64,000 nt of DNA. It comes from an uncultured Planctomycetaceae bacterium. GTDB taxonomy: Bacteria > Planctomycetota > Planctomycetia > Planctomycetales > Planctomycetaceae. Location: positions 672,001-736,000 of the forward strand of contig CAWFAK010000017.1 in the NCBI GenBank assembly GCA_963813715.1. The letters run 5' to 3'. The position numbers were made by a program, and so were the translations under genes. Shown piece after piece: positions 18,840 through 29,812 of the stretch. Numbering within the stretch: the first letter of the stretch is position 1; every line of letters starts with the position of its first letter. The notes below the pieces were generated by a model. That model made no database searches, was not told the origin of the DNA, and worked only from the letters and a program-made list of their open reading frames with translations.

Positions 18840-21800
18840 TCAAAACCGGGCGACGGCCAGCTTCCGACGCAGTTGGAGGACATACGCGTCGGGATCCATG
18901 AAGACGCGGTCGGGCTTGAAGGAGCAGTGAATCTTCACGTCTTTGGCCTCGCCGGCTCCCAGGTTCACAGTCGTGCGGGCATCCTTATAGTCCGGGTTCT
19001 CTTTGCCGTCCTTCTCGTCGAACCGCTCACCGGTTGCCGCGGCGACTTCGACCGTCATCCGACCGCTGCCGGAGTTCTCGACATGCGCGGTGACGTCCCA
19101 GACATCTTGATCGCCGGACTGCTTGCGCTCGGCGTTGGTCACGTGGTACTCGGGGACGACGACCTCGTAGAACCACTGCTTGACGAAGGCGTCGAAGGCG
19201 GGCTTGTCGGGGGCATAACGGCGCATGACCTCGATAAAGTCCTGCAGCACAGGGAAGTCCGGGCCATTGCGATATTCCTTGATGAAGGCCTGCAATCCGG
19301 CAAGCGCCTCCTTTCGGCCCATCTGATGCAACAGCATCCAGAAGACCCAGCCCCCCTTGTCGTAGGTGACGGTCGTGTCTCCGTTCTGCGTACCGTCGAC
19401 TTTCACCATCGGACGTTCGGAGTCCATGCGGCGGCTGGTTTCGTAGCTGTGCTCGATGCCTTTCAAGAATTCGATGCGCCCGCGCGGACCTTTGACCTGG
19501 TCGAAGAGCAAAGCGGTCGAGAAATGGGCCATGCCCTCGGAGAGGATATTGCCGCCGGGCCCCTTACCCGGCGTGAGGATATTGCCCCACCACTGGTGAG
19601 CCGATTCGTGAGCTGTGACCAAAAACGCGACCTGCGATACCGTGTCGCTCTTGGCCAGGAAGCCGATCCCTTCGGAAAACGTGATATCGGTCGCGAATCC
19701 CTGGGCGTAGCCGGCGATGTTGGGAAATTCACTGAGCTTCATTTCCTTCCACGGGTAGGGACAGAACCATTCGGAGTAATACTTGCGGGCCGCGTCGAGC
19801 GCCTCGGAGATCTCGTCGATGTTGTAGCCGTGGGCCGGATGATAGAAGACGGCCGTGTCGTGCCCGCGGCGCACGTCCCACTTGCCCGCGACGACGTTGA
19901 AGAAGCGCACCGGCTCGTCGCTGCGCCATTCGACGGTCCGTTTGCCGTCGGTCACTTCGTCTTTCACGAGCACGCCGATCGAATTGATCGTGTAGGCCTC
20001 GGGCGCGGTGATCCGCAAGTCCGTCTTGAAGGGGGCGCCATCGCCGAAGGCGGGATCGGTCTGTCCGACGTAGAAGTCGTCGGGATACTCCTTCGATTCA
20101 TAGCGGTTCTCCTTCTCGATTCCGACCTCCTCCAGGTAGCCCAGGACCGGGGCAATGCTGGGCGTAAAGCTAGTCAGCACGATGCCCGACGGGAGGATGA
20201 ACTCCATCCGGCCTTTGCCGTTCTCCGAGTTGCCCTTGGGGAATCGCCCCTCGCAAGAGAAGCCGATCCGCACCTTGCCGCCGGGGGGCAGCGCGGGCGA
20301 GAGCGTGAAGACGTAGAGCAACGAGCGGTTTTCGGGAGTGTACTCCTTCCCGTTCATCGTCCAATTGACATGTTCCCAATGATCGCCGGCCGTCAGCGGC
20401 ACCTGGCGCAGCGGCGTCTGCCGCTGGTTGACGATTTCGTAAGTGCCGGCCGAATGGAAATAATGACGTTCGGGATCGAGCGTCAGGTCGAGGTCGACGG
20501 CCGAGAGCGCCGGCTTCGGGATGTCCTTCCACGTCGCCAGATTCTTCCGCCAATAATCCTTCTGCGCCTTCTTCGCGGCCGCTCCCTCGAAGCCCTGATA
20601 AACCTGGGCATAGAGCGCCACGCCGGCGATCACGGGAACCGCGGCGTAGGGCAAGAGCTTGAGCCCGTACTTCAGCAGGGCGACCGGGTAGAGCCGCGTC
20701 CAAACCCGGCCCGGATCGACGTCGCGGCGGCGAAACAAGCCGACCGCGAGCACCGTGAAGAACACCGACAGCCCCAGAGACCATCACGCGGTTGAGGATG
20801 AGGGCCCAGCGGTCGAACTCCAGCACGCCCATGTCGGTCCAGTGGACGGAGCTCCAGATGAGCCAGTTGCCGACCCAGTTCATCTGCGTCGTCATCTGCC
20901 GATAGCCGGTGAAGATCAACACCCCCAGGCCGATTCCGTAGGTCGCTTCCCGGTTGTTGGTGAGCGAAAAGGCCGCAGTGACGAACGACGTCCACAAGAG
21001 AAACGTCGGCAAGAGCAAGACACCCCAGATCAGGGCAAACGGCCACAGCTGAAGCTGCACCTTTCCCTGCACCGCAATCACGATCAGACAGCCCACCAGC
21101 GTGGCCAGCACAATTGCCAAACCCACCAGGCTGTTGGCGAGCGCCTTGCCAAAAAGCAGCGCCGAGGTGCGAATCGGCGTCGCGTAATGGATCGACGCCA
21201 GGCCGGTCCCCTGCTCGCGCCGCACCGACTCGACGGTGTAGAACATGAGCAAGAGGCAAATCAAAAGTGTCAACGTGTTCATCGTGGCGACGGCCATCAT
21301 GCCGGGCGTCTGCAAGATCGGCGTGCCGAACGCCCCTTCCGCCAGGGTCGAGGTCCCAATGGTCTGCAAGAGAATCAACGGGACAAACAGGTAGAGCCCG
21401 GGCTGCGAGCGCAGCTCCCGTAGCTCGGTGCGGGCTACGAGCCAGAGGCTGCGCCAAAACGAGGGGACGCCCGAGCCCATGCCCAGAACGGCGACGGAGG
21501 CGGGGGCCGGTGCCGCGGCCGAGGGAACGGTCGACTCGGGCGCGGATCCTTTGCGCCGGCGCAAGACTTCGAGCCAGCTGCGAGCGGGACCGGCGGAGCC
21601 GCGGATCGTCCGGGTCAGGTGAAATTGCGCGAGGGCCACGGACCCGATCCCCACGGCGAAAAACACGATGCGGCTGGCGATCAGGCCGGCATCGAAGGGA
21701 ATGTGGGCCGTGTTATAGAAGTTGACTCCCCGATCGCCTTTGAGCCAGGTCTCGTTCAGCCACCGAAATCCGGACGGATCGATCAGCATCAGCACGCGGT

Positions 21801-22449
21801 TAATCCGCGGATCGAGCCACACGGGAGACCAGTCCCAGAGGAAAAAGCCGCACACGAGCAGCCCCGCGACCGGCAGCAGAAACAACAGGATGGGCCGCCG
21901 CGTCCACTCGCCGACCACGAACGACACGCCGGTAATGAACACGATCGTCGGCAGGGCAAAGACGACGGTCGGAATCAGATAATTAGTCAGCACGAAGGGT
22001 CCGCGAATTTCGAGCGACTTCTCGTTGGGCACGAAGTGGTTGCAAATGATCATGAACACGACGTGCGCGCCGAACACGACCAGAAACGCGGCGAGCACGG
22101 CCCCGAACTTGGCCCACACGTATTCGCCCACGGTCAGCGAGGAGGAGCGGAGCAAGTCGGTGATCTTCAACTCGTCGTCGCGGATCAGCGGCATGCCGGC
22201 CGCAACGGCGAGAAAGAATCCGTACCAGAGAAAAACCACGATGATCAGCATCTCGCCGACGGCGAATTCGGAGGTGACCCACGCCTTGGTGCCGCCCACT
22301 CGGCTGTCACCCGTGGCGATCTGCAGCGTCCCACTCGACAGCCCATACGAGGTGAATCCCAAGACCAGGATCAGGATCCAGAAGAGGGGCCGACGAAAGC
22401 TGTAGAGAAAGTCGAGCCGAAAGACCCGATACCAGCGAGCTGCGCTCAT
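18840..22449 (-). CDS. ABC-2 permease fused to M1-family aminopeptidase, frameshift near 20775
   Basis: Two permease repeats in ORF 20170-22449; AHESAHQWWGN...LSEGMA and YDKG in ORF 18840-20765. Confidence 0.85.
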
Positions 22450-22532
22450 ATGTGCTTTTCGATTCGTGACTCGGGAGGCGGAGGGAACCGGTCAATTCAT
22501 CGTGGCGGCGATCAGGGCGGAACGCGGACCCT

Positions 22533-23447
22533 TCAATACGCCACGGGAGCGGGCGTACCGTTTGCCAGTTCGCCTCGCATGGTGAGCAAGTAAGCGTCTT
22601 CGAGCGTCGGTTCTGCCGGCGAAAATCCCGCGGGGGGATCGCCGTCGGGCTCGTAGATCCGGACGCGATTCTTTCCCTCGAAGAGCACGGCCTGCGTCAC
22701 GAACCGCGACCGGCGCAGGTTCTCGAGCTCCTCGGCGCTCACGCTGGCTTCATAGATCGTGTCGGCAAGACGATTGAGAGCCTCGCTCGGCGACGTCTGG
22801 GCGACGAGGCGTCCGTGGCGGATCACGGCAAACCGCGTGCAGAGTACGGCCACGTCCTCGACGATATGGGTCGACAACAGGACGATCCGGTCCTGGGCCA
22901 GGGCCGCCAGCAGATAATAGAAGCGGAGCCGTTCCTCGGGGTCGAGGCCGGCCGTGGGCTCGTCGACGATAATCAGCCGCGGATTGCCGGCAATCGCCTG
23001 GGCGAGTCCCAGCCGTTGCCGCATGCCGCCCGAATAGCCTTTCACTTTGCGCTTGGCGGCAAAGGTGAGATTTACCCGTTCAAGCAATTCGCCGCATAGG
23101 GCCTTGATCCCCTGCGGCGCCTGCACTCCTTTCAGCTGCAGCAGGTAGGCGAGCATTTTCTCGCCCGTCAGGTGCGGATAGAAGCCAAAATCCTGCGGCA
23201 GGTATCCGAGCTGCTTCCACAGCTGCTGGGGATTGTTGAGCACGTCCTGGCCATCGAGCAGGACTTGGCCGGACGTCGGTTCCAACAGCCCGGAGAGAAT
23301 CCGCATCAGGGTGGTCTTGCCGGCCCCATTGGGCCCCAGCAGCCCGAACATGCCGTTGGGCAGATCGAGGCTGACCCCCTGTAACGCCGTGACCGGACCG
23401 GGATAGACCTTTACGAGATCGCGAATAGAGAGCACGGGATGGCCCAA
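22533..23447 (-). CDS. ABC transporter ATP-binding protein
   Basis: GPNGAGKT, YSGGM, IIVDEP, STH. Confidence 0.95.
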   Translation of the reverse strand: MGHPVLSIRDLVKVYPGPVTALQGVSLDLPNGMFGLLGPNGAGKTTLMRILSGLLEPTSGQVLLDGQDVLNNPQQLWKQLGYLPQDFGFYPHLTGEKMLAYLLQLKGVQAPQGIKALCGELLERVNLTFAAKRKVKGYSGGMRQRLGLAQAIAGNPRLIIVDEPTAGLDPEERLRFYYLLAALAQDRIVLLSTHIVEDVAVLCTRFAVIRHGRLVAQTSPSEALNRLADTIYEASVSAEELENLRRSRFVTQAVLFEGKNRVRIYEPDGDPPAGFSPAEPTLEDAYLLTMRGELANGTPAPVAY

Positions 23448-23923
23448 TTTTAAGGTTACGGCTGATCGGAACAGCCTGCGGGTCGCGAGCGAACGTATTT
23501 CGTTTGTCAGCGAATGTTCTTAGCTGATTCGGGTCGAAAATGCGAGATTTGCCGCGTTCTTGGCGGTCTCATCGTCACAGCCTCGCACGCTCGCCGAGCG
23601 GGAGTCGCTTGACCCAGTCACCGGGCGGCTGCCTGCCGCAGGCCAAAATCTGTGCAAACTCCCTTTGGTACATCGCTTGCACACCGTGGTGGGAATTCCC
23701 ACGTCGCCCGTGCGAAATGCACCAAACGGATGCTGCAACGAGTGGAGCACCAACCTCAGACCCGGCCATCTGCAAGTCAAGGTGGTTCAGCAGCACACAG
23801 CTCCGAGGGCCTGTCCTGAATTGCGGTCACAGGCGGAAGCGTTGGGGAACGGAGTGGCAAGCTGCGACCTCGCTGAACTGAGGAGAGTCGCAAAAGTCGA
23901 ACGACACCCGAGGATGATCAATC

Positions 23924-25558
23924 ATGGACGCGCGATTGGCGGAAGCGACCACGCCGGCGAGCCGGAATTCCAGTCGGCCTTCCGACCAACTTAGCCGCGA
24001 AAGCGAAGACGTCCTGACTCCGGAACCAACGCCCGTTCCCCGCAGCGCCCTTCACGACGGCAAGGCCAAGATCCTGCTCGTCGACGATCGCCCGGCTAAT
24101 CTCCTGGCCTACCAAGTTATCCTGGAAGAGCTGGGCGAAGAGCTGATTTTGGTGCAATCGGGCGAAGAGGCTCTCGAACAACTGCTTACCCACGATTTTG
24201 CCGTCATCCTGCTCGACGTCACCATGCCCGGCATGGACGGATTCGAGACCGCCAAGGCCATCCGTGCCCGGGAAACCCAGGCGCACACGCCGATCATTTT
24301 CCTGACGGCCTTTAGCGACGATTTGAAATCATCCGAGGCCTACGCCCACGGGGCCGTCGACTACATTCAGACTCCGGTCGTGCCGAACATCCTGCGGGCC
24401 AAGGTCAAGGTCTTTGCCGACTTTGTCCGGATGACCGAAGAGCTCAATCGTCGGCGCCATCAGGAAGTCGTGCAGGAGGGGGCCGAGCGGCTGAGGCTGA
24501 TCCTCGATTCGTCGCTCGATGCCGTCGTCTCAATGGACGAACAGGGCAAAATCACCGGCTGGAATCCCCAGGCGGAAGCCGTTTTTGGCTGGCCCCGCGA
24601 CGCCGTCATCGGCGAAAGCCTCGCCGATCTGATCATTCCCGAACCGTATCGGTTCGCTATGCAGCGGGGGCTTGACCTCTTCCGCACAACGGGCGAAGGT
24701 CCCCTGCTCCGCCGACGGCTGGAGCTGACGGCCCTCCGCAAGCTGGGCGTCGAATTCCCGGTCGAGCTGACGATCTCGCCGCTCCGGGTCGGGGACCACT
24801 ACGAGTTCTGCGCCTTCGTCCGCGACATCAGCCAGCGCAAGGCGGCCGAAGAGCAGATTCGCCGCTACGCGACGGAGCTGGAGCGGAGCAATCGGGAGCT
24901 CAACGATTTCGCCTATTCCGCCTCGCACGACCTGCGTTCCCCGCTGCGGGCGGTTGCCCAGATCGCCAGCTGGATCGCCGAGGATCATGCGACCGAACTC
25001 TCCGAGGAGGTCCGCAACGATCTGGACCTGATGCAGCGCCGCGTGCAGCGGATGCAGGCACTGCTCGACGACATGCTCGAATATGCCCGCGTCGGCCGGA
25101 GCGACGGGGATTTGAGCCACGTCGATTGCGAGGAGCTGGCGCGTGAAATTGTCGAGTCGCTGCCGTTGCCGCCGGGGTTCACGATCACGGTCGAGCCCTT
25201 GCCGACGCTCCTGACCCATCGCACACCCCTGCATCAGGTGCTGCGGAACCTGATCAGCAACGCGGTCAAGCATCACAACCGCCCCGACGGGCGGGTTGAG
25301 ATCCTCGCTCGCGATCACGGCGACCACATCGAATTCATCGTGCAAGACGACGGGCCCGGAATTGCGCAAGACTACCACGACCAGATCTTCCGGATGTTCA
25401 CGACGCTCAAGCCGCGCGACTCCGTCGAGGGGAGCGGCATGGGCCTCGCGCTCGTTAAGAAGATCGTCGAGGGCCGCGGCGGGACTATCACCCTGGAGTC
25501 CGCCGAGGGGAGAGGGGCGAAATTCCGCTTCACGTGGCCCCGGGGTGCCGAAGGATAA
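23924..25558 (+). CDS. Hybrid sensor histidine kinase (REC-PAS-HisKA-HATPase)
   Basis: ILLVDD/LLDVTMP receiver; PAS WNPQAE; SHDLRSP H-box; NLISNA, DDGPG, GMGL boxes. Confidence 0.93.
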   Translation: MDARLAEATTPASRNSSRPSDQLSRESEDVLTPEPTPVPRSALHDGKAKILLVDDRPANLLAYQVILEELGEELILVQSGEEALEQLLTHDFAVILLDVTMPGMDGFETAKAIRARETQAHTPIIFLTAFSDDLKSSEAYAHGAVDYIQTPVVPNILRAKVKVFADFVRMTEELNRRRHQEVVQEGAERLRLILDSSLDAVVSMDEQGKITGWNPQAEAVFGWPRDAVIGESLADLIIPEPYRFAMQRGLDLFRTTGEGPLLRRRLELTALRKLGVEFPVELTISPLRVGDHYEFCAFVRDISQRKAAEEQIRRYATELERSNRELNDFAYSASHDLRSPLRAVAQIASWIAEDHATELSEEVRNDLDLMQRRVQRMQALLDDMLEYARVGRSDGDLSHVDCEELAREIVESLPLPPGFTITVEPLPTLLTHRTPLHQVLRNLISNAVKHHNRPDGRVEILARDHGDHIEFIVQDDGPGIAQDYHDQIFRMFTTLKPRDSVEGSGMGLALVKKIVEGRGGTITLESAEGRGAKFRFTWPRGAEG

Positions 25559-25580
25559 CGTTGCGCGGAGGGTTGAAACC

Positions 25581-26018
25581 GTGTTCAGCGAGACGGTCAG
25601 CATCATGATCGTCGACGACGATGAAGTCGACGTGCGGGCCATCCAGCGTGGATTGAGGCAACAACGAATCGTCAACCCGGTCTTTGTCGCCAGCGATGGC
25701 CAACAAGGACTGGACATGCTCCGCGGAGAACAGGGGCACGAGAAAATCCCGCAGCCGGCGTTGATCGTGCTCGACCTCAATATGCCGCGGATGACGGGGC
25801 TGAAATTCTTGGAAGCGCTGCGGGGCGACGACAACCTGGCCAACAGCATCGTGTTCATCCTCACGTCGTCGAACGCCGACGAGGACAAGATTGCCGCCTA
25901 CAAGCACCACATCGCCGGATACGTCGTCAAGTCGGATGCCGGCGTCAGTTTTTTGAAAGCCGTCCAGATGGTGCAGAAATACGTGCTGTGCGTCCAATTC
26001 CCTCCGGAACACGGGTGA
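25581..26018 (+). CDS. Single-domain response regulator (Rcp1-like)
   Basis: IVDDD, VLDLNMP, LTSS, YVVK. Confidence 0.9.
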   Translation: MFSETVSIMIVDDDEVDVRAIQRGLRQQRIVNPVFVASDGQQGLDMLRGEQGHEKIPQPALIVLDLNMPRMTGLKFLEALRGDDNLANSIVFILTSSNADEDKIAAYKHHIAGYVVKSDAGVSFLKAVQMVQKYVLCVQFPPEHG

Positions 26019-26022
26019 CTCG

Positions 26023-27195
26023 ATGAACCAGGGCCAAGAAAGACTCTTGCAAATCTTGATGGTGGATGACGACCAAATCGATCGACGCAATGTGCAACGG
26101 GCGCTGGGCGGCGCGTATGGGCTGGTGGAGGCGGAAAACGGCCGCGAGGCGCGCCGCCTGGCCGACGCACATCAGCCCGATTGCATTTTGCTCGACTACA
26201 ACATCCCGGGAACCGACGCACTCGAACTGCTTGACGACTTGCGCTTGCATGCGCCCGTGGTGATGCTCACCGGCGCGGGGGACGAGGCCGTGGCCGTGGC
26301 GGCGATGAAGGCCGGAGCCCTCGATTACCTCAGCAAGAACGACTTTTCGGCCGACTCGCTCGACCTGGCAATCCGCGGGTCGATCGAAAAAGCCGATCGG
26401 CACCGCCGCCAGGTCGAATCGCGGGCGCGCTTGCAGAAGGAATATCGCTACGAGAAAGAGCGGCGGTTGGAGCTGGAGGGGGCGATGCAGGTCGCCCGCG
26501 ACATCCAACAGAATCTGCTCCCCGCCTCGGCCCCCCAAGTCAAAGGGTTCGACATCAGCGGCGTCTGCCTGCCGGCCGAGTCAGCCAGCGGCGACTTCTA
26601 CGATTACCTCCCTGCACCGGACGGAACGTTGGCGATTGTTGTGGGAGACGTTTCGGGGCACGGCGTCGGGCCGGCCCTTTTGGCGGCCGAAGCCCGCGCG
26701 TATATCCGCGCGCTCACTCGCATCGGCACGGATGTGGGACAGATCACCACGACCGTCAATCGCCTGCTCTGGGAAGATACGTCCGGCGGACGCTTCGCGA
26801 CGCTCGTGCTGACGCGGATCGATCCCGAACGCCGGACGCTGACTTACGCGGCCGCCGGCCACTGCGCGTACGTCGTGCACGATTCGGGCGAATTCACGCT
26901 GCTCAACAGCCAGTGCCCTCCGCTGGGCGTGTTGGAATCGACGGTGGTCCAAACCAGCGAGCCGTTCTTCCTGCGCCACGGCGATATCGTGCTCATCGCC
27001 ACGGACGGACTGTTCGACATTCGCTCGCCTGACAAAGCGGCCTTCGGCAAGGAACGGGTGATCGGCTTGATGCATGCCTTTCGGCATCAGCCGGCCGAAA
27101 AGATCATCGACGCGGTGCTGCTCTCCGCGCGGACGTTCGCCGAGAACGCGCCGCTGCCCGACGATGTGACGCTTGTTCTCGTCAAAGTGCTCTAG
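26023..27195 (+). CDS. Response regulator with PP2C/SpoIIE phosphatase domain
   Basis: Receiver domain then SGDFYD, GDVSGHG, ATDGL, DDVT. Confidence 0.92.
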   Translation: MNQGQERLLQILMVDDDQIDRRNVQRALGGAYGLVEAENGREARRLADAHQPDCILLDYNIPGTDALELLDDLRLHAPVVMLTGAGDEAVAVAAMKAGALDYLSKNDFSADSLDLAIRGSIEKADRHRRQVESRARLQKEYRYEKERRLELEGAMQVARDIQQNLLPASAPQVKGFDISGVCLPAESASGDFYDYLPAPDGTLAIVVGDVSGHGVGPALLAAEARAYIRALTRIGTDVGQITTTVNRLLWEDTSGGRFATLVLTRIDPERRTLTYAAAGHCAYVVHDSGEFTLLNSQCPPLGVLESTVVQTSEPFFLRHGDIVLIATDGLFDIRSPDKAAFGKERVIGLMHAFRHQPAEKIIDAVLLSARTFAENAPLPDDVTLVLVKVL

Positions 27196-27232
27196 AGGGC
27201 ACAAGCCTTCGACATCGCCTTAAGCGACGACG

Positions 27233-28792
27233 TTACGTCGAAGAGACGGCGGCCGGAGCGTCGACGGACTCGGCGTCGGCCGGCTGCACGCCGACCGAGT
27301 GTGGCTGCGACGCTGCCGCAACCGCGACGTCGTCTCCTCCCTTGGAGAAGACCATCGAGCCATCGTCGATCGCGCCGTAGCGCATCGTGAGCAGATCGCG
27401 CACGTAGTTCTGCCGCATGAGCCAGGGTGCTTTCGTGCCTTGCTTCGGAAACTGGTCGACGCCCCGCTGCACGTAGCCGGACGTCAGGCCCAACAGCGGT
27501 CCTGCTTGAACCTGCGCATCTGCGGCGCGGGGGACGCACTGTTTGTAGCCGCCCCGATCCATGAAGTTGAGCAGTCGGCAGACATAGGTCGAAGCCAGGT
27601 CGGCCCGCAACGTCCACGACGCCGTCGTATAGCCGACGCACGCAGCGCAATTCGGCACGTCGCTCAGCATCAGGCCTTTATAGGTGAGCGAACGGCCCGG
27701 CTCGACCGCCTTGCCGTCCACGGACAGTCGAATCCCACCGCACGAGAGCATCTTGAGCCCCGTGGCGGTGACAACGATGTCCGCTGGCAACTCTTTCCCG
27801 GATTCGAGCAGAATGCCCTGCTTCGTGAATTTGGCGATCTGGTCTGTCACAACCGAGACGCGTCCCGTTTTGATTCCCTGGAACAAGTCGGCATTGGGCA
27901 CCAGGCAGACCCGCTGGTCCCAGGGCTGATAGCGGGGCTTGAAGTGCGTGTCGATGTCGAAGTCCGGCGGCAGCTCCCTGGCGATGCCTTTCCGCAAGAG
28001 TCGCTTGGCTAGTCCCGGCGCCCGTCGGCAGAGCTGGTAGAAGTAAATGCCCAAGAGCACGTTGCGCCAGCGGAGCGCCCGGTGGGCCGTCCGCTCGGGC
28101 AAAATGCGGCGGATGAAATTCGCCATGCGATCCTCCGAGGGCATCGAGACGATGTACGAGGGGGATCGCTGCAGCATCGTCACGTGGGCGGCTTGCTCGG
28201 CCATCGCGGGAACGAGCGTCACGGCCGTGGCACCGCTGCCGATCACGACCACCCGCTTGTCACGATAGTCGAGATCCTTGGGCCAGTGCTGCGGATGCAC
28301 CAGGCGGCCCTCGAAGTCCTCGGTGCCGGCAAAGACCGGCTGATGACCGGCTTCGTAGTCGTAGTAGCCGCTGCAGAGGTACAGGAAATTGCCGGTGTAG
28401 CGAACGGGCTGTTTCTCCGGCCCGACCTCCGCATCGACCGTCCACAGCGAATTCTCGCTCGACCAGGACGCCGACTTCACGCGGTGGTTGAAGCGGAAGT
28501 GGCGATCGATGCCGAAGTCGTGGGCCGTTTCTCGCAGGTAGGCCAGAATGTCCGGGCCGTCCGCGATGGCCTTGGCCGCCTTCCACGGACGGAACGAATA
28601 ACCCAGCGTGAACATGTCGGAGTCGGAGCGGATTCCCGGATAGCGAAACAAATCCCAGGTGCCGCCGATATCGCTGCGTCCTTCGAGGATCGCATAGCTC
28701 TTGCCGGGGCAATGAGTCTGCAGATGGTAACCGGCCCCGATGCCGGAAATGCCCGCACCGACGATCAAAACGTCGAAATTCTGGACCGACAC
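27233..28792 (-). CDS. FAD-containing Baeyer-Villiger monooxygenase (EthA/AlmA-like)
   Basis: GAGISG, GGTWDLFRYPGIRSDSD, FEGRLVHPQHW, GSGATA; GTG start 28792. Confidence 0.92.
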   Translation of the reverse strand: MSVQNFDVLIVGAGISGIGAGYHLQTHCPGKSYAILEGRSDIGGTWDLFRYPGIRSDSDMFTLGYSFRPWKAAKAIADGPDILAYLRETAHDFGIDRHFRFNHRVKSASWSSENSLWTVDAEVGPEKQPVRYTGNFLYLCSGYYDYEAGHQPVFAGTEDFEGRLVHPQHWPKDLDYRDKRVVVIGSGATAVTLVPAMAEQAAHVTMLQRSPSYIVSMPSEDRMANFIRRILPERTAHRALRWRNVLLGIYFYQLCRRAPGLAKRLLRKGIARELPPDFDIDTHFKPRYQPWDQRVCLVPNADLFQGIKTGRVSVVTDQIAKFTKQGILLESGKELPADIVVTATGLKMLSCGGIRLSVDGKAVEPGRSLTYKGLMLSDVPNCAACVGYTTASWTLRADLASTYVCRLLNFMDRGGYKQCVPRAADAQVQAGPLLGLTSGYVQRGVDQFPKQGTKAPWLMRQNYVRDLLTMRYGAIDDGSMVFSKGGDDVAVAAASQPHSVGVQPADAESVDAPAAVSST

Positions 28793-29010
28793 GTTGTCCG
28801 CTCCCTGGGGAAAGACCGGTGCCGCTGCCGTTGAGATTCGGGGAGGCTCGTTCGCCCGCGTCTGTGCGCCGAGTGGCGACCCTCGAACTGAGGATCCGCG
28901 AGCTAGTGTGTATTGTCCAGCGAAGACGGGGACTTGGCGACCCCGGGGCCGCAAAAAGTCGGCCGCGAACCGATTTTGCCGCCGAACCGAGGTCTTCGCG
29001 TCGCCGCGGT

Positions 29011-29499
29011 TCAGTTCCCCGATGGCGTGCCGAACTGCGTTTCGAGCAGCTTCCGCATGCCGCGGAGAGAGGGGCGGATGCCAATCGAGATGGCCATGCC
29101 CGTGTGGCCGTTCACGACGGCCGTCACTTTGATCGTGACGCGGGTGGCTTCGCCCTCGCGCTGCACCTGAATCTCGGTTTCCTGCGAGACGAGATTCTCC
29201 TTGTCGCTCTTCAGCAGCACGGTCCGGATGAGGCCGTTGCGTTCCGGGTCGTGCTCGACGATGAAGGTGAAGGGCCCTTCTTTCGTCTCTTTGTGGAGCT
29301 TCGACTGTCGACCCTGGACGGCCAGCACTTCGGCGCCGGTGCTCTCGTCGATGGCGCTCGCGTTCTGCTCGATCCAGCGGCAGACGGTGCGTTCATCGGC
29401 GGCGAGCAGAAACGTGGTCTGCTGCCGGCCGGTGCCCGCCAAAACCGGATGCGCAACAACCAAAAGGCAGAGCAGCATCGCGTAGCGCGCCACGTTCAT
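29011..29499 (-). CDS. Hypothetical secreted protein
   Basis: Signal peptide; coding-like composition; possible START/SRPBCC-like fold (weak). Confidence 0.6.
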   Translation of the reverse strand: MNVARYAMLLCLLVVAHPVLAGTGRQQTTFLLAADERTVCRWIEQNASAIDESTGAEVLAVQGRQSKLHKETKEGPFTFIVEHDPERNGLIRTVLLKSDKENLVSQETEIQVQREGEATRVTIKVTAVVNGHTGMAISIGIRPSLRGMRKLLETQFGTPSGN

Positions 29500-29812
29500 T
29501 GGGTGATCCGTTTTGAAATCGCCGACACGAGCCGCGCTCCTCCGGAGATGTCCGCGGAGGTCACTCCCGTGTCAAATGCTAGGTTTCCGACCGCTTCTCC
29601 ACCAGTGGCCCCGCAACGATTCCAGCAGGATTGCCGGCGATCGCCGGTCGGACAGGAGCCGACCGCAAGAAAAGTGTCCGGAATTTGATTTGCCGGAGAA
29701 AAAACGACAAGACCAGTTTGGGGTAAAAATCGCTGTTAGCTGAAGACGGGATTGGTTTTCTCGCAGGCTCACGGACGTTCAACGGCCGCGTGTTGCAATT
29801 GTTTCTGCGAGT

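Noticed and set aside
18465..20795. Long antisense ORFs (also 1048-2967, 12723-13925, 24530-25888, 44620-45990, 47438-48793, 59012-60457)
   Set aside because: Shadow frames opposite well-supported genes in high-GC DNA; no recognisable motifs
29670..29690. AAAAGTGTCCGGA resembling the head of the 54-56 kb repeat
   Set aside because: Match stops after ~12 nt; the rest of the unit is absent
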